64,000 nt of DNA from Octopus bimaculoides. Its lineage: Eukaryota. The stretch lies in NCBI RefSeq assembly GCF_001194135.2, contig NC_069005.1:2744483-2808482 (forward strand). Direction: 5' to 3'. Positions 26,415-38,641 of this stretch are shown here, one piece after another (positions within the stretch are counted from its first letter, which is position 1; the number at the start of each line of letters is the position of its first letter). The notes below the pieces were generated by a model. The model searched no databases and was not told the DNA's origin. It saw only the letters and a program-made list of their open reading frames with translations. The position numbers were made by a program, and so were the translations under genes.

Positions 26415-26755
26415 ATAGACAAAACAAAACGTATATAAACCTTCAGCTTGTATATCGAGATGATACATTCACATTTAAACCAATAATAACTGATGCACTA
26501 GTTTCAGGGATACATACGTAATTAACAACATGGATANNNNNNNNNNNNNNNNNNNNNNNNNNNNNNNNNNNNNNNNNNNNNNNNNNNNNNNNNNNNNNNN
26601 NNNNNNNNNNNNNNNNNNNNNNNNNNNNNNNNNNNNNNNNNNNNNNNNNNNNNNNNNNNNNNNNNNNNNNNNNNNNNNNNNNNNNNNNNNNNNNNNNNNN
26701 NNNNNNNNNNNNNNNNNNNNNNNNNNNNNNNNNNNNNNNNNNNNNNNNNNNNNNN

Positions 26756-26786
<31 letters not shown>

Positions 26787-26807
26787 GTTATATAGTTGAA
26801 ATTTACA

Positions 26808-26945
26808 GAGAAACAAACGACGAAGTCAGGTGTATAAACGAGAAACGGATGTATTAGTTTAACGCCCAGGAAGGTGAGAAGATCTTTTACATTTCGAGCC
26901 TACGCTCTTTAACGGAAAGGAACACGAGGAAATAAACAGGGAGAT
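26808..26945 (-). mobile_element. Penelope-like element terminal fragment
   Basis: Contains a decayed hammerhead fold with the same architecture as 36232-36277; such folds are typical of Penelope pseudo-LTRs. Confidence 0.55.
26884..26919 (-). ncRNA. Decayed minimal type I hammerhead ribozyme
   Basis: Stem I CUUU/AAAG, core CCGUUAA (3 changes from CUGAUGA), stem II GAGC-GUAG-GCUC, then GAAA-U-GU-A. Confidence 0.5.
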
Positions 26946-29559
26946 AATAAAAAAAGACTATTGGAGCTAGCGATCAACAGACACACACACACACACGCAC
27001 ACACACACACACACACGCACATACACACACTCACATACACACACACTCACACACACACACCCACATATATGTATATATATATATATATATATTTGTATAT
27101 ATATATATATATATGAATATATATATGTATATATATGTGTGTTTGTGTATGCATGTATGTTTTCATGCATATATGAAAGTATGTTTGTTATTTGGATGTG
27201 AGTATTCATTCGGTTGATAAGCTGTCCTAAACAAATCATCTGGTTGATTGTTCCTAGAAGAAAACTTACGCAAAAGTGTACATGTATGTGTGTGCGTGAA
27301 CGAGTGTGAATGTATGCATATGTATCGATGCATGTGTACGTATATGAGTATTTTAGGAATTTAAATTCAAGAATGAAAATTCGTGTATGTTGAAGTGCAT
27401 ACACAGGTAACCGTTTCACAGATATATTAACACATACACTACCATACACTACCATACAGATATACGATGACACGTACTTGCCTCACGCTATAGCAAACAC
27501 GCAGACATACATTCATACACTGTCCCTTTCTCTCTCACTATGTCTGTCTGTCTGTCTGTCTCTCTCACACATACACACATACTCTCACACCATTACATTT
27601 TCATGCAGGCGCATATAAAGCAACTTCCAAAATAAAACAATATCACATATGACTTCCTGTATCATGTGACGTATGATAATACGGTGTTTGGAAAGGTTGT
27701 GAAGTATTTTTGCGAGTTTAATGAAAATGAATGTTTGTTACTATGGTAACTGTTTTTACAATTGCTCCGAGCATATCAATTTTATTAATATTTATTAAAT
27801 TTAATTTCACTTTCGTTTCCCTCCAAGCTTCGGAAATCAGCATTCATATCTGTGTACATGTATACGTGTGTGTGTGTGTGAGAGAGAGATAGAGATAGAG
27901 ATAATATATGTGTATGTATGTATATATACATATATATACGTGTTTATGTGTACGTGTCTATGTATGTGTATATATTTATTTATATATGCATATATATATA
28001 TATATATACATGTGAGTTTGTGTGTGCGTGCGAGTGTCTATGTATTAATACGTGTGTGTCTGTGTATAATGTGTAAATATGTATATATATNNNNNNNNNN
28101 NNNNNNNNNNNNNNNNNNNNNNNNNNNNNNNNNNNNNNNNNNNNNNNNNNNNNNNNNNNNNNNNNNNNNNNNNNNNNNNNNNNNNNNNNNNNNNNNNNNN
28201 NNNNNNNNNNNNNNNNNNNNNNNNNNNNNNNNNNNNNNNNNNNNNNNNNNNNNNNNNNNNNNNNNNNNNNNNNNNNNNNNNNNNNNNNNNNNNNNNNNNN
28301 NNNNNNNNNNNNNNNNNNNNNNNNNNNNNNNNNNNNNNNNNNNNNNNNNNNNNNNNNNNNNNNNNNNNNNNNNNNNNNNNNNNNNNNNNNNNNNNNNNNN
28401 NNNNNNNNNNNNNNNNNNNNNNNNNNNTATATATATATATATATATATGTCAGCACACACATTCACACATATATACACGCAGACATAGATCAATATATAT
28501 GTATGCTTTCATTTAAATATGTATATGTGTGCATACACACGTACATATATTTGTGTGTATTTGCGTGAGAATATCGGTGTGTACGTATATATATACACGT
28601 GTGTTCCGGTTTATTTTTCTCATTTCTCACCAACAGCGAAAGAACCATTTTGCAACCAGAAGCAAGGATTTTACATCAGATATTAAACAGCAACGGGGTA
28701 GTCATGTATAAGAACGGAAGTGATATAGAGAAGGCAACTTTGTTTTTTCTTTGCTGTCTTTGGAGTAAAATTCTTGTAAGCGAATGTGCATGGCGTGTGT
28801 ATTTGGGTCGTGTGCATAATCTATGTCCGTATATAAGAGAAAGAAACGAAGCCGAATTGCTGTTTCTGGTGTCCAATCAGCAGTAGCGTAGCTGGGATGG
28901 TTAGAAGGAAGTATGTTACCAGTAAGCATTCAAAATACCGGTCAGATCGTTTTTCTAGAAGATCGGGAGAAAACTAGTGGAGAACATACACATTATGGCG
29001 TACGTGATAGTTTCCAGAATGTGTACGCGAATGTTTGTGTATGTTTGTATGTACATACATGTGTGTGTGTGTGGGTGTTTGTGCTTGTATGTATATACAT
29101 GGTTGTGTGGGCCTGGGTTTTTGTATTTATATACAGGTGCGTGAGCGTGTGTGTGTTTATTTGTATATATATGCATATATACATGTGTGTATATGTATCA
29201 ACATGTGCGTGTGAATATGTGCATTTATATGTATATACACGAGTGTGTGTGTGTTTGTATGTGTATACACGCTTTATTGAATGCAGAGAATATATGAATG
29301 TATGTATACAAATATGTATGTACGTTAATCTTTGTGTGTGTATGTATGTCTGTCTGTCTGTATATATAAGAGGGGACGTATATCGTAAGAACGTTTACGT
29401 TGGAGGCATGGCGCAATTTTAGAACGTTTTCCATTCCTTTGCGATTCCCACTTCGTGTTTTGAGGCTGGCAAAAACATTAGACTCCATTATGAATCGTGA
29501 AGGTGTAATAGCTTCAGCTGGGTGCGAACGTGCTTCGCCTTGGTCAAGGGTATTATACT

Positions 29560-29650
29560 AGAGTTCCAATAATAGGAAACAATTGCCAAATGTGACACGC
29601 AGAGGAATTGAAACCGAAGCCACTTGATTGCAAAGCGAGCTTCTTACCAA
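29560..29650 (-). mobile_element. SINE family B head, diverged
   Basis: CACGCAGAGGAATTGAAACCG...GCAAAGCGAGCTTCTTACCA. Confidence 0.55.
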
Positions 29651-29802
29651 CGTTACAATTGCAAGAAACGAAGTATTTTCTTATTTCATATTTCTTATAA
29701 TTCACAGAAATGGTTTAATTCCTGCCTGCTTAATGACTGCCTGCTGTTCTCTTGATTACTTTAATTGTATATATTTTAGATGTGAAAGCGTAAGTTCTAG
29801 TG

Positions 29803-29964
29803 CAATGGTTCCCAACCGTTTCACTACCGTGGACTCCTTTTATTTAACCATGGACCCCTGGATATTGAACGGTCTGTCAGCTTAACGTGTTCACGGACAC
29901 CCACCTACCCAGTACTACATTTGCAACCACCAGGGTTCTGCAGACAACAGGTTAGGAATCACAA
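29803..29964 (+). mobile_element. hAT (Charlie-like) MITE
   Basis: Termini CAATGGTTCCCAACC and GGTTAGGAATCAC match the CAGTGGTTCCCAACC-type TIR; flanking 8-mers TTCTAGTG and GTCTTGTG agree at 6/8. Confidence 0.7.
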
Positions 29965-31447
29965 GTCTTGTGTTTATTGTTTTGGACTCACGATCTGGCG
30001 ATCACCGGATTGATGACCGGAACAGGCGGCGCGTTGGTTCTTCAAAAAGACACATTGTTTCACGTTTCTCCAGTTTATTCAGCTGTGGATGGGTGACTCT
30101 GAGAAGAACTAAGCTTCCGATTAAAAGGAATATTGGCCTCTTAGCCTATCTAGTGGGGTGGCATCTTTAGAAACCTAAACCGATGGAATGCACATTGTCA
30201 CTCTTGTGAACATTACATACATATAGAATGATTTATGAACTATTTTGAAAAACTTCATGAATTCTCCAAAGAATATGAATTTATCAGCTTTCTTAGATTG
30301 CCTGTGCGATTTTATAACAAAAAAAAAAATATCCAGAACAACAGAAAAACTAGCAAGCAACTCGCACGCTCGATCTGCTGACGTAGATCGCATCCATAAC
30401 ATCACATCAAGTAGCTGTTACACCTCCAAAGAGAATTAATGCTTTGAGATGCTGCGAAGTGGATTGGTGAAATCTTAAAAAAAAAAATAACAGAAAAGAA
30501 AAGAAAATGAGCAATGAGGTTCGTTACAAGAGGCGTAAAATATCACGTCAACTTTTCAGCCAATGTCACAATAATGTAGATGTTGATGATACTGTTCGTA
30601 AAAATAATGTCTAGAATTTATTCGGAGAGTATTTGCAATCACGTCTATGTTAGTATGATAAATGATAATTACTTTAACGTCCTGTCGTTTCACTCTAAAA
30701 GCATTATGAGACAGCGTCTGTCTCGGTGGAGGAAGCCATGATGTATATCGCCGGCCAAAGTATTCAATATCCAATAATAATGATAACAACATCAACAATA
30801 ATAAGAATAAGAACAAGAAGAATAAAAATAACAATAAAAAGAACATCAAGAGTAATAGTAATACCAATAGTAGCAAAAATAAAGAAATATAAATCCAGTC
30901 CATTTTCATGTAGCGAATCATACACAAAAAACAAATTGATACATCTATAAAGTTTGACATCCATAAAGATCTATTTGATGAATATACATACATATATATA
31001 TATATATATATATGTNNNNNNNNNNNNNNNNNNNNNNNNNNNNNNNNNNNNNNNNNNNNNNNNNNNNNNNNNNNNNNNNNNNNNNNNNNNNNNNNNNNNN
31101 NNNNNNNNNNNNNNNNNNNNNNNNNNNNNNNNNNNNNNNNNNNNNNNNNNNNNNNNNNNNNNNNNNNNNNNNNNNNNNNNNNNNNNNNNNNNNNNNNNNN
31201 NNNNNNNNNNNNNNNNNNNNNNNNNNNNNNNNNNNNNNNNNNNNNNNNNNNNNNNNNNNNNNNNNNNNNNNNNNNNNNNNNNNNNNNNNNNNNNNNNNNN
31301 NNNNNNNNNNNNNNNNNNNNNNNNNNNNNNNNNNNNNNNNNNNNNNNNNNNNNNNNNNNNNNNNNNNNNNNNNNNNNNNTATATATATATATATATGTGT
31401 GTGTGTTTCTATGCGTGTATATATATGTTTTCTTTTATTCTTTCATT

Positions 31448-31745
31448 TGTTTCAGTCATTTGACTGCCGCCATACTGGAGCACCACCTTCAGTCGAAGAA
31501 ATCGCCCCAATAAGCTTAGTAGTAATTATATAGGCTTCTTTTGCCGAACCGCTAAGTTACGAAGATGTAAACACAACCAACATGGGTTGTCAAGCGATGG
31601 TGGTGGATGGGGACGAACGCAACTATATAAACACACACAGACGCACACACACACACAGACACACACACACACAAACACATATACATATAAGAGGGCTTCT
31701 TTCAGTTTCCATCTACAAAATCCACTCACAAGGCTTTAGTCAGGC
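31448..31745 (-). mobile_element. SINE family B, head missing
   Basis: TTTCAGTCATTTGACTGCCGCCATACTGGAGCACC...(CA)n...CTTCTTTCAGTTTCCATCTAC. Confidence 0.9.
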
Positions 31746-31789
31746 ACACTTGCGCCTATTTATATAAATGTTTCTATCGACATGTTGTG

Positions 31790-31998
31790 TTCAAATCTTT
31801 GTGCCCACATAACCTCACTCCCTCCATCAGACCGGCATTACCTGTACAGGTGCAATTGGTTCCACTTGTCAGATGACGACATGATCGTGGAGCAATGTGA
31901 AATGCAGTGCTTTTATGAAGAACGCAACACATTACCGCTCTGGGAATCGAAACCAAAATCTCACAATCACGAGTGAACCACCCCAACCACAATAGCAC
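31790..31998 (-). mobile_element. SINE family C, second tail type
   Basis: GGAGCAATGTGAAATGCAGTG...GGGAATCGAAACC matches the inverted C head/CORE module. Confidence 0.7.
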
Positions 31999-32272
31999 AA
32001 TACCATAATTAATGAGGGAGACGAATGATAGAAAATACGTGAATGTCTATTGATGACTACAATCATTTCAACCCATCTAGAATCGATCTCGCGAGGGTGG
32101 GATACTTGGCAGCTGGTGTGTTGTGATCAATAAATATTCTCGTATCTTCCATCTTCTGTCTCACTCATTAATTACATACTCAACGAACACTAAGCCAGCG
32201 GACGTGCTGTACCTGCAAACTAACAGATGGATATCATAAGATTTATTAACTACTATATACATACATACACAC

Positions 32273-32332
<60 letters not shown>

Positions 32333-32707
32333 NNNNNNNNNNNNNNNNNNNNNNNNNNNNNNNNNNNNNNNNNNNNNNNNNNNNNNNNNNNNNNNNNNNN
32401 NNNNNNNNNNNNNNNNNNNNNNNNNNNNNNNNNNNNNNNNNNNNNNNNNNNNNNNNNNNNNNNNNNNNNNNNNNNNNNNNNNNNNNNNNNNNNNNNNNNN
32501 NNNNNNNNNNNNNNNNNNNNNNNNNNNNNNNNNNNNNNNNNNNNNNNNNNNNNNNNNNNNNNNNNNNNNNNNNNNNNNNNNNNNNNNNNNNNNNNNNNNN
32601 NNNNNNNNNNNNNNNNNNNNNNNNNNNNNNNNNNNNNNNNNNNNNNNNNNNNNNNNNNNNNNNNNNNNNNNNNNNNNNNNNNNNNNNNNNNNNNTATATA
32701 TATATAG

Positions 32708-32803
32708 GACGGACTTCTTTCACTTTCCGTCTAATAAATCCACTCAGAAGGCTTTGGTCGGCCCAAGGCTATAGTAGAAAACACTTGCCCAAGGTGCTAC
32801 GCA
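32708..32803 (-). mobile_element. SINE family B, internal fragment
   Basis: CTTCTTTCACTTTCCGTCTA...GCTATAGTAGAAAACACTTGCCCAAGGTGC. Confidence 0.9.
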
Positions 32804-32811
32804 ATATTTAA

Positions 32812-32996
32812 CAATATTTAACAAAAACATTTTTAAATGACGGTCTGACCGTCTACCAACCAAATTGGAGCAGCAATTGAAGTAGATGGTGAATATGCTC
32901 CGGAATAATCATTTAAAGATGTTTTTGTTACATGTTGTTATTATATTTGTATAAAATTTGTTGGAAAAAAGCCGCAATAATTATGCACCAACCCAA
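32812..32996 (+). mobile_element. Mariner-derived MITE, right half
   Basis: Right TIR GCCGCAATAATTATGCACCAACCCAA followed by TA; body matches 63741-63996. Confidence 0.85.
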
Positions 32997-33225
32997 TATT
33001 ATTATTACTGTATTTATCCTACGTGGTATCGGCACGGATCAATACCATTCTATAAATCTGTTGTTGCAATTTGGATACACCAGGCCATAGCAGACACAAT
33101 AACACAAGAGCTTTTGTGTGCTGATTCAAAAACGTTTCCCGTGATCTAACTTAAAACACATATATTGTATTACACACACACACATACATATGACTTGCTC
33201 CTTCATTCTGTGTGTGAATTACGTT

Positions 33226-33325
33226 CAGTCGGCTGTGGTCACCCAGGGTCTGTAGTAAAAATCGCTAGCGCAAGTTACCACGTAGTGAAACTGAAGCGGA
33301 ACTTCGTGGTTTCAAAGCGAACGTC
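33226..33325 (-). mobile_element. SINE family B head, highly diverged
   Basis: GTCGGCTGTGG...TGTAGTAAAAA...CAAGTTACCACGTAGTGAAACTGAA. Confidence 0.4.
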
Positions 33326-34305
33326 TTGAATTTTCTAGTCTTGAACAAAAATACATTATTGAGTTCTATATCATAACAATGATACATACTTCAAATAACA
33401 CCTTACCATCTTATTAAGAGAATGCTGGAAGTTCTTCGGGTCTTGGTCTAGTGAACCAAATCTAATTCGGGACAAGAATAAAAACCACCAAAGCCACAGT
33501 AGCGGTATAACTATCGGAGTACAAAACCGACAGTGTGTTTGTTTGGTGAAACGCTCTGTGATATTTCTATCCTTTTTTATTCTTTTCAGCTCTGAATTTC
33601 TATCGAAGAATTTACCTTCCTGCTGGATCGATAAATCAGATAACAATGGAATAGAGGATGAATTTAAATCGATTCATCACGTGTACGATAATACAAGAAG
33701 ATGAGTTATTTTGTTGAAAAATAGTCGCCAAGCTCTGCTTCCAGTCTTCCTGTAAGGTGTTGTTCGTTCTGCACGCGGTTTCACCACTGAAACCGTTTTA
33801 CCTGTGAAGGTAGGCTAACGGCTGTCATATTACGTGTTGAACCTTCATATTTCGAAGTCGACAGGGGTGATGTGGAATATGTGCATGTGTGTGTGTGAGT
33901 GTGTATGTTTGTGTGTGTGTTCGAGAGAACGTGACTGTATAAACATACACGTATGTATATGTGTGCGCGTATGTGTGTATGTGTGTGTATAAATGTAGAC
34001 ATGTATATCCATATTCTTATATAAACATACATAAGTATGTATATATATATATATNNNNNNNNNNNNNNNNNNNNNNNNNNNNNNNNNNNNNNNNNNNNNN
34101 NNNNNNNNNNNNNNNNNNNNNNNNNNNNNNNNNNNNNNNNNNNNNNNNNNNNNNNNNNNNNNNNNNNNNNNNNNNNNNNNNNNNNNNNNNNNNNNNNNNN
34201 NNNNNNNNNNNNNNNNNNNNNNNNNNNNNNNNNNNNNNNNNNNNNNNNNNNNNNNNNNNNNNNNNNNNNNNNNNNNNNNNNNNNNNNNNNNNNNNNNNNN
34301 NNNNN

Positions 34306-34344
<39 letters not shown>

Positions 34345-34374
34345 CATACACATACACACAGACACACACAAACG

Positions 34375-34407
<33 letters not shown>

Positions 34408-34523
34408 GACCACACACACATGCATATATATACATATTTATACATATATCATGTATGCATAACTTTCATATATGTATACGTTTATGCGTTCATGTATGTC
34501 TATGTTTCTGTGTTTGCATGTGT

Positions 34524-34558
<35 letters not shown>

Positions 34559-34921
34559 TGTGTTGTGAATATCATACATGCATATAAGTATATTAACTTG
34601 CCATTAACAGAGTTTCTGACAAACGGTTCCGACTGGTTTGTATAACCATTCTGCACCATTTTCAAGTTTGGTCAAAGAAATCAACGCTATACCTGTTCAT
34701 TATCTGTAATCACTTCAACATCGACAGACACTAAGTACAGAATGATAGACAGAAATTACCATTATGCATGCTAATCTCTTGGATCGCTGCCAAAACTTGC
34801 AGATTCCTATCACAATGGCTTAGCTTTGCATCGATTTCATTGGTTGCATCACCTCTCACTACCACTTCGCTTCTCCCTCCAATGACTCACCTGATTCCAT
34901 CCTTCCTCTCCGTTTCCTCCA

Positions 34922-35055
34922 CCTCGCCCTCCTCCTCGCCCTCCTCCTCGCCCTCCTCCTCGCCCTCCTCCTCGCCCTCCTCCTCGCCNNNNNNNNNNNN
35001 NNNNNNNCGCCCTCCCCCTCGCCCTCCTCCTCGCCCTCCTCCTCGCCCTCCTCCT
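34922..35055 (+). repeat. 12-bp minisatellite (CCTCCTCCTCGC)n with an internal gap
   Basis: Direct reading. Confidence 0.9.
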
Positions 35056-35477
35056 TCCCTTTCATTCACTTCTTCATTTTTCATTCTTCATTCCTCTTTC
35101 TTCTTTCCTACTCAACGCTTTATTCACTCTCCTTTCTAACTCGCATTTCTCCTCTTCACCTCTGCGTTCTCAAATTATCTGTTTAAGTTGCAGAACCGTG
35201 CAGAATATTCTTCAGTGGAACTTTTAAGTGATAGCTTCTCTATATCATGCGCCAAACTTAATTAGACCAATGGGCTATTAGCGATATGTTTAAAGGTTTC
35301 GACCGTCTTTATAACTGCAGATGCAGACGCATCGCTTACTGTGTTTCGCTTGGTTCGATTAGTCACATATCTATGTGCGTCTCGTTTTTGCTCTTATTCC
35401 TGTTTGTGTGTGTGTGTGTGTGTGGTGTCTATATACATTTGAACTGCCTGATGATACACATATATATATAAGTATAT

Positions 35478-35522
<45 letters not shown>

Positions 35523-35837
35523 NNNNNNNNNNNNNNNNNNNNNNNNNNNNNNNNNNNNNNNNNNNNNNNNNNNNNNNNNNNNNNNNNNNNNNNNNNNNNN
35601 NNNNNNNNNNNNNNNNNNNNNNNNNNNNNNNNNNNNNNNNNNNNNNNNNNNNNNNNNNNNNNNNNNNNNNNNNNNNNNNNNNNNNNNNNNNNNNNNNNNN
35701 NNNNNNNNNNNNNNNNNNNNNNNNNNNNNNNNNNNNNNNNNNNNNNNNNNNNNNNNNNNNNNNNNNNNNNATATATATATATATGTATATATAGTCATAT
35801 ATGTATATATATGTATATATATATATATATGTATATA

Positions 35838-35892
<55 letters not shown>

Positions 35893-36199
35893 ATATGTAT
35901 GTATGTATGCATGTATATATAATACACGCACACACACAGGGACACACACACACACGCACGCACAAGCCCCCCCCACACACATATATATATATATAATTAA
36001 AGTACTGTTCCGTAAACAGCATATGCGTGTATAGATGCAGTTATAAACATAGTAAACACAGGAAATATGGCGATATTATTAGGGCTTTCCACCTCGTAAG
36101 TGCCGTACAGATCCTTAGTTAGATACCTGTTAACTATCGCATGTTAGTTTACAGAGGATTTCATTAAGGTGCTGTACGTATTATTAAATAAAATATCAA

Positions 36200-36366
36200 A
36201 GTATGAGAACCCAGGTTCGAAATTTCCCCAAGACACCTGATGAAGGCTGGAGGGTATTTCAGCCGATACGTTGTGTTAGCAACAAACAAGATATGGAGAA
36301 ATATCCATCAACTGTAAATAATGTAAATAATGCATATAATTCCTCATCTCTTAAATATAGAACTGT
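36200..36366 (+). mobile_element. Penelope-like element terminal fragment
   Basis: Carries a minimal hammerhead followed by TGTAAATAATGTAAATAATG...; family assignment rests on the known hammerhead/Penelope association. Confidence 0.65.
36232..36277 (+). ncRNA. Minimal type I hammerhead ribozyme with one core substitution
   Basis: Stem I GACAC/GUGUU, core CUGAUGA, stem II GGCUGG/UCAGCC, GAUA in place of GAAA, palindromic stem III AC-GU, cleavage triplet GUU. Confidence 0.75.
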
Positions 36367-37712
36367 ATTCATAAGAATGAATTTATTATATGCATGTGTG
36401 TGCTTGTTTGCTCAATGGATGGCTGATATAATATATGCAATAGTTATAATCGTTATTCTCCATTTTTTCTACGTATAACATATTTGAAGATAATTCATGA
36501 AGGCCGGTTACTGCATACAATGTCAGTGCCATGACATATTATGTCTATAAACACATACAATATTGTCTATTGCTGTTATAAAATGTGAGTCTTCTATATT
36601 TTCAGTATTACTTTGGCGAAAGTTACTTTTATATAACGAAAAACCTAGGGGTCTTCTTAACACACACACACACGCACATACATACACATATATTTATATA
36701 CACCTACACGTACATATATATGCATGAAATGAGATCTATATGTATTTAGATACACACACATGGATGTAGATAGGCATTTCTGGGGAGTATGTGTGTGCAT
36801 GTGATTGCCTTCGCGAAATAAATAAATTCATGGAAACTCACATAAGTGTACATTTCAATAGAAAAGAAAATAGAGTTTCTCAGAAATTTATATTTCCACC
36901 TACCTCTATGCAAACATATGTGTGTTTACATATGCATATACATACATACATAATCATACACTCACAACACGCATGTATATATGTATATATGTATATATGT
37001 ATATATATATNNNNNNNNNNNNNNNNNNNNNNNNNNNNNNNNNNNNNNNNNNNNNNNNNNNNNNNNNNNNNNNNNNNNNNNNNNNNNNNNNNNNNNNNNN
37101 NNNNNNNNNNNNNNNNNNNNNNNNNNNNNNNNNNNNNNNNNNNNNNNNNNNNNNNNNNNNNNNNNNNNNNNNNNNNNNNNNNNNNNNNNNNNNNNNNNNN
37201 NNNNNNNNNNNNNNNNNNNNNNNNNNNNNNNNNNNNNNNNNNNNNNNNNNNNNNNNNNNNNNNNNNNNNNNNNNNNNNNNNNNNNNNNNNNNNNNTACTA
37301 CCATGTAAAACATCCCTCAGAGCGGGAATGCATTAATATTAATTTTGGGAACTTGTAGTTCCTTTGTTTTATTATTTTTCTTCTTATCTCTGAGCTTTGG
37401 ATTTAATTGTAATTCCAAACAGTTTTGTCAATAATATTTTGACAAATCTGAACTGAAATATTGGTGAATTTAATGTTTCAAGGATTATCACTATGATGGA
37501 TGTTCCGGGCTCTTCTTTAAGCTACATTACATTCAGTTATTCGATTATTCTACCAACAGTGTATTGTATACATGTCACTTTACCGACTAAGTTTATGAAT
37601 TAATTATCTTATTCTTAATGGTTACATTATATTTATAACAATCTGCTCAGAGAGAAGAGAAATTAGAGCGTCGATTTATTTAGATGACGAAGTGTTCTAG
37701 CGAAATACGTCT

Positions 37713-37973
37713 GTGCTGATGCCACGTAAAAAGAAACTGTGATGATGCCATGTGGAAAGCACCTATGCAGGTACTACGTAAAGTGACTGGTGTTAAGAAG
37801 GGTCTCCACTGGTAAGAAAACCTCGCAAAACAGACAAGCGGAGCCTGGTGTAGCCCACCGACTTGCCAGCTCCTGTTGAACCGTCCAACAATTGGCGATG
37901 TTGATGATGATGATGATGATGATCTTGATGATGGTGATGGTGATGACAACGATGACTACGATGACGTTAAACG
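37713..37973 (+). mobile_element. SINE family G fragment with (GAT)n RTE-like tail
   Basis: GTGCTGATGCCACGTAAAAAG...GTTAAGAAGGG...CTTGCCAGCTCCTGTTGAACCGTCCAAC...(GAT)n...GACGTTAAACG; single copy here, recognised from recall. Confidence 0.55.
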
Positions 37974-38293
37974 AGAGGACCAAAATATAAACATTCATAT
38001 TAGTGTTAGAGGGATCTAATTTAAAATTTAGTAGTATTATTCAGGGATTTAATATATAGATGTTATCTTGCTAGAAATGTCTGAGAGACGAAAGTGAATA
38101 CTGTTAAAATATATTAGAATGTGCTTCTGCTAAAAAAAGTGGATATTCTAAACATTGACCAGAAGAAAATCCTTCCGTTTTTGTTGGTTAAATTTCATTC
38201 ACAAACGATGTCAGTTTCTCATCCGCTGATCGTATACCATCTCAGTTTCGACACCACAAGACAGAAATTATATAAATACATATACTTATGTGT

Positions 38294-38330
<37 letters not shown>

Positions 38331-38480
38331 TGTGCCTGGTTGGGTGAGTGTGCGCACGCGTATGTGTATGTGCGTTCACGCATGTCTACAAATATATATA
38401 TTTGTGTGTAGGTATACATATACGTGTATATAGACAGACGCACAAGCATATATACACACACACACATGTTTATATATACA

Positions 38481-38641
38481 ATGGGATTCTTTCAGTTTCC
38501 TTGTACCAAATCCATTCACAAGGATTTGGTTGGTTCGACGCTATAGTAGAAGACACTTGCCCAAGCTGCCACATAGTGAGACTGAACCCGGAACCATGTG
38601 GTAGGGAAGCAAACTTCTTGCCACACAGCCGCACCCGCGCT
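38481..38641 (-). mobile_element. SINE family B, 5' half
   Basis: TTCTTTCAGTTTCC...GCTATAGTAGAAGACACTTGCCCAAG...ACTGAACCCGGAACCATGTGG; adjoins a CA/TA tract. Confidence 0.9.

Noticed and set aside
28637-28886. 83-codon frame after a strong acceptor
   Set aside because: No convincing donor or recognisable protein; compatible with chance.
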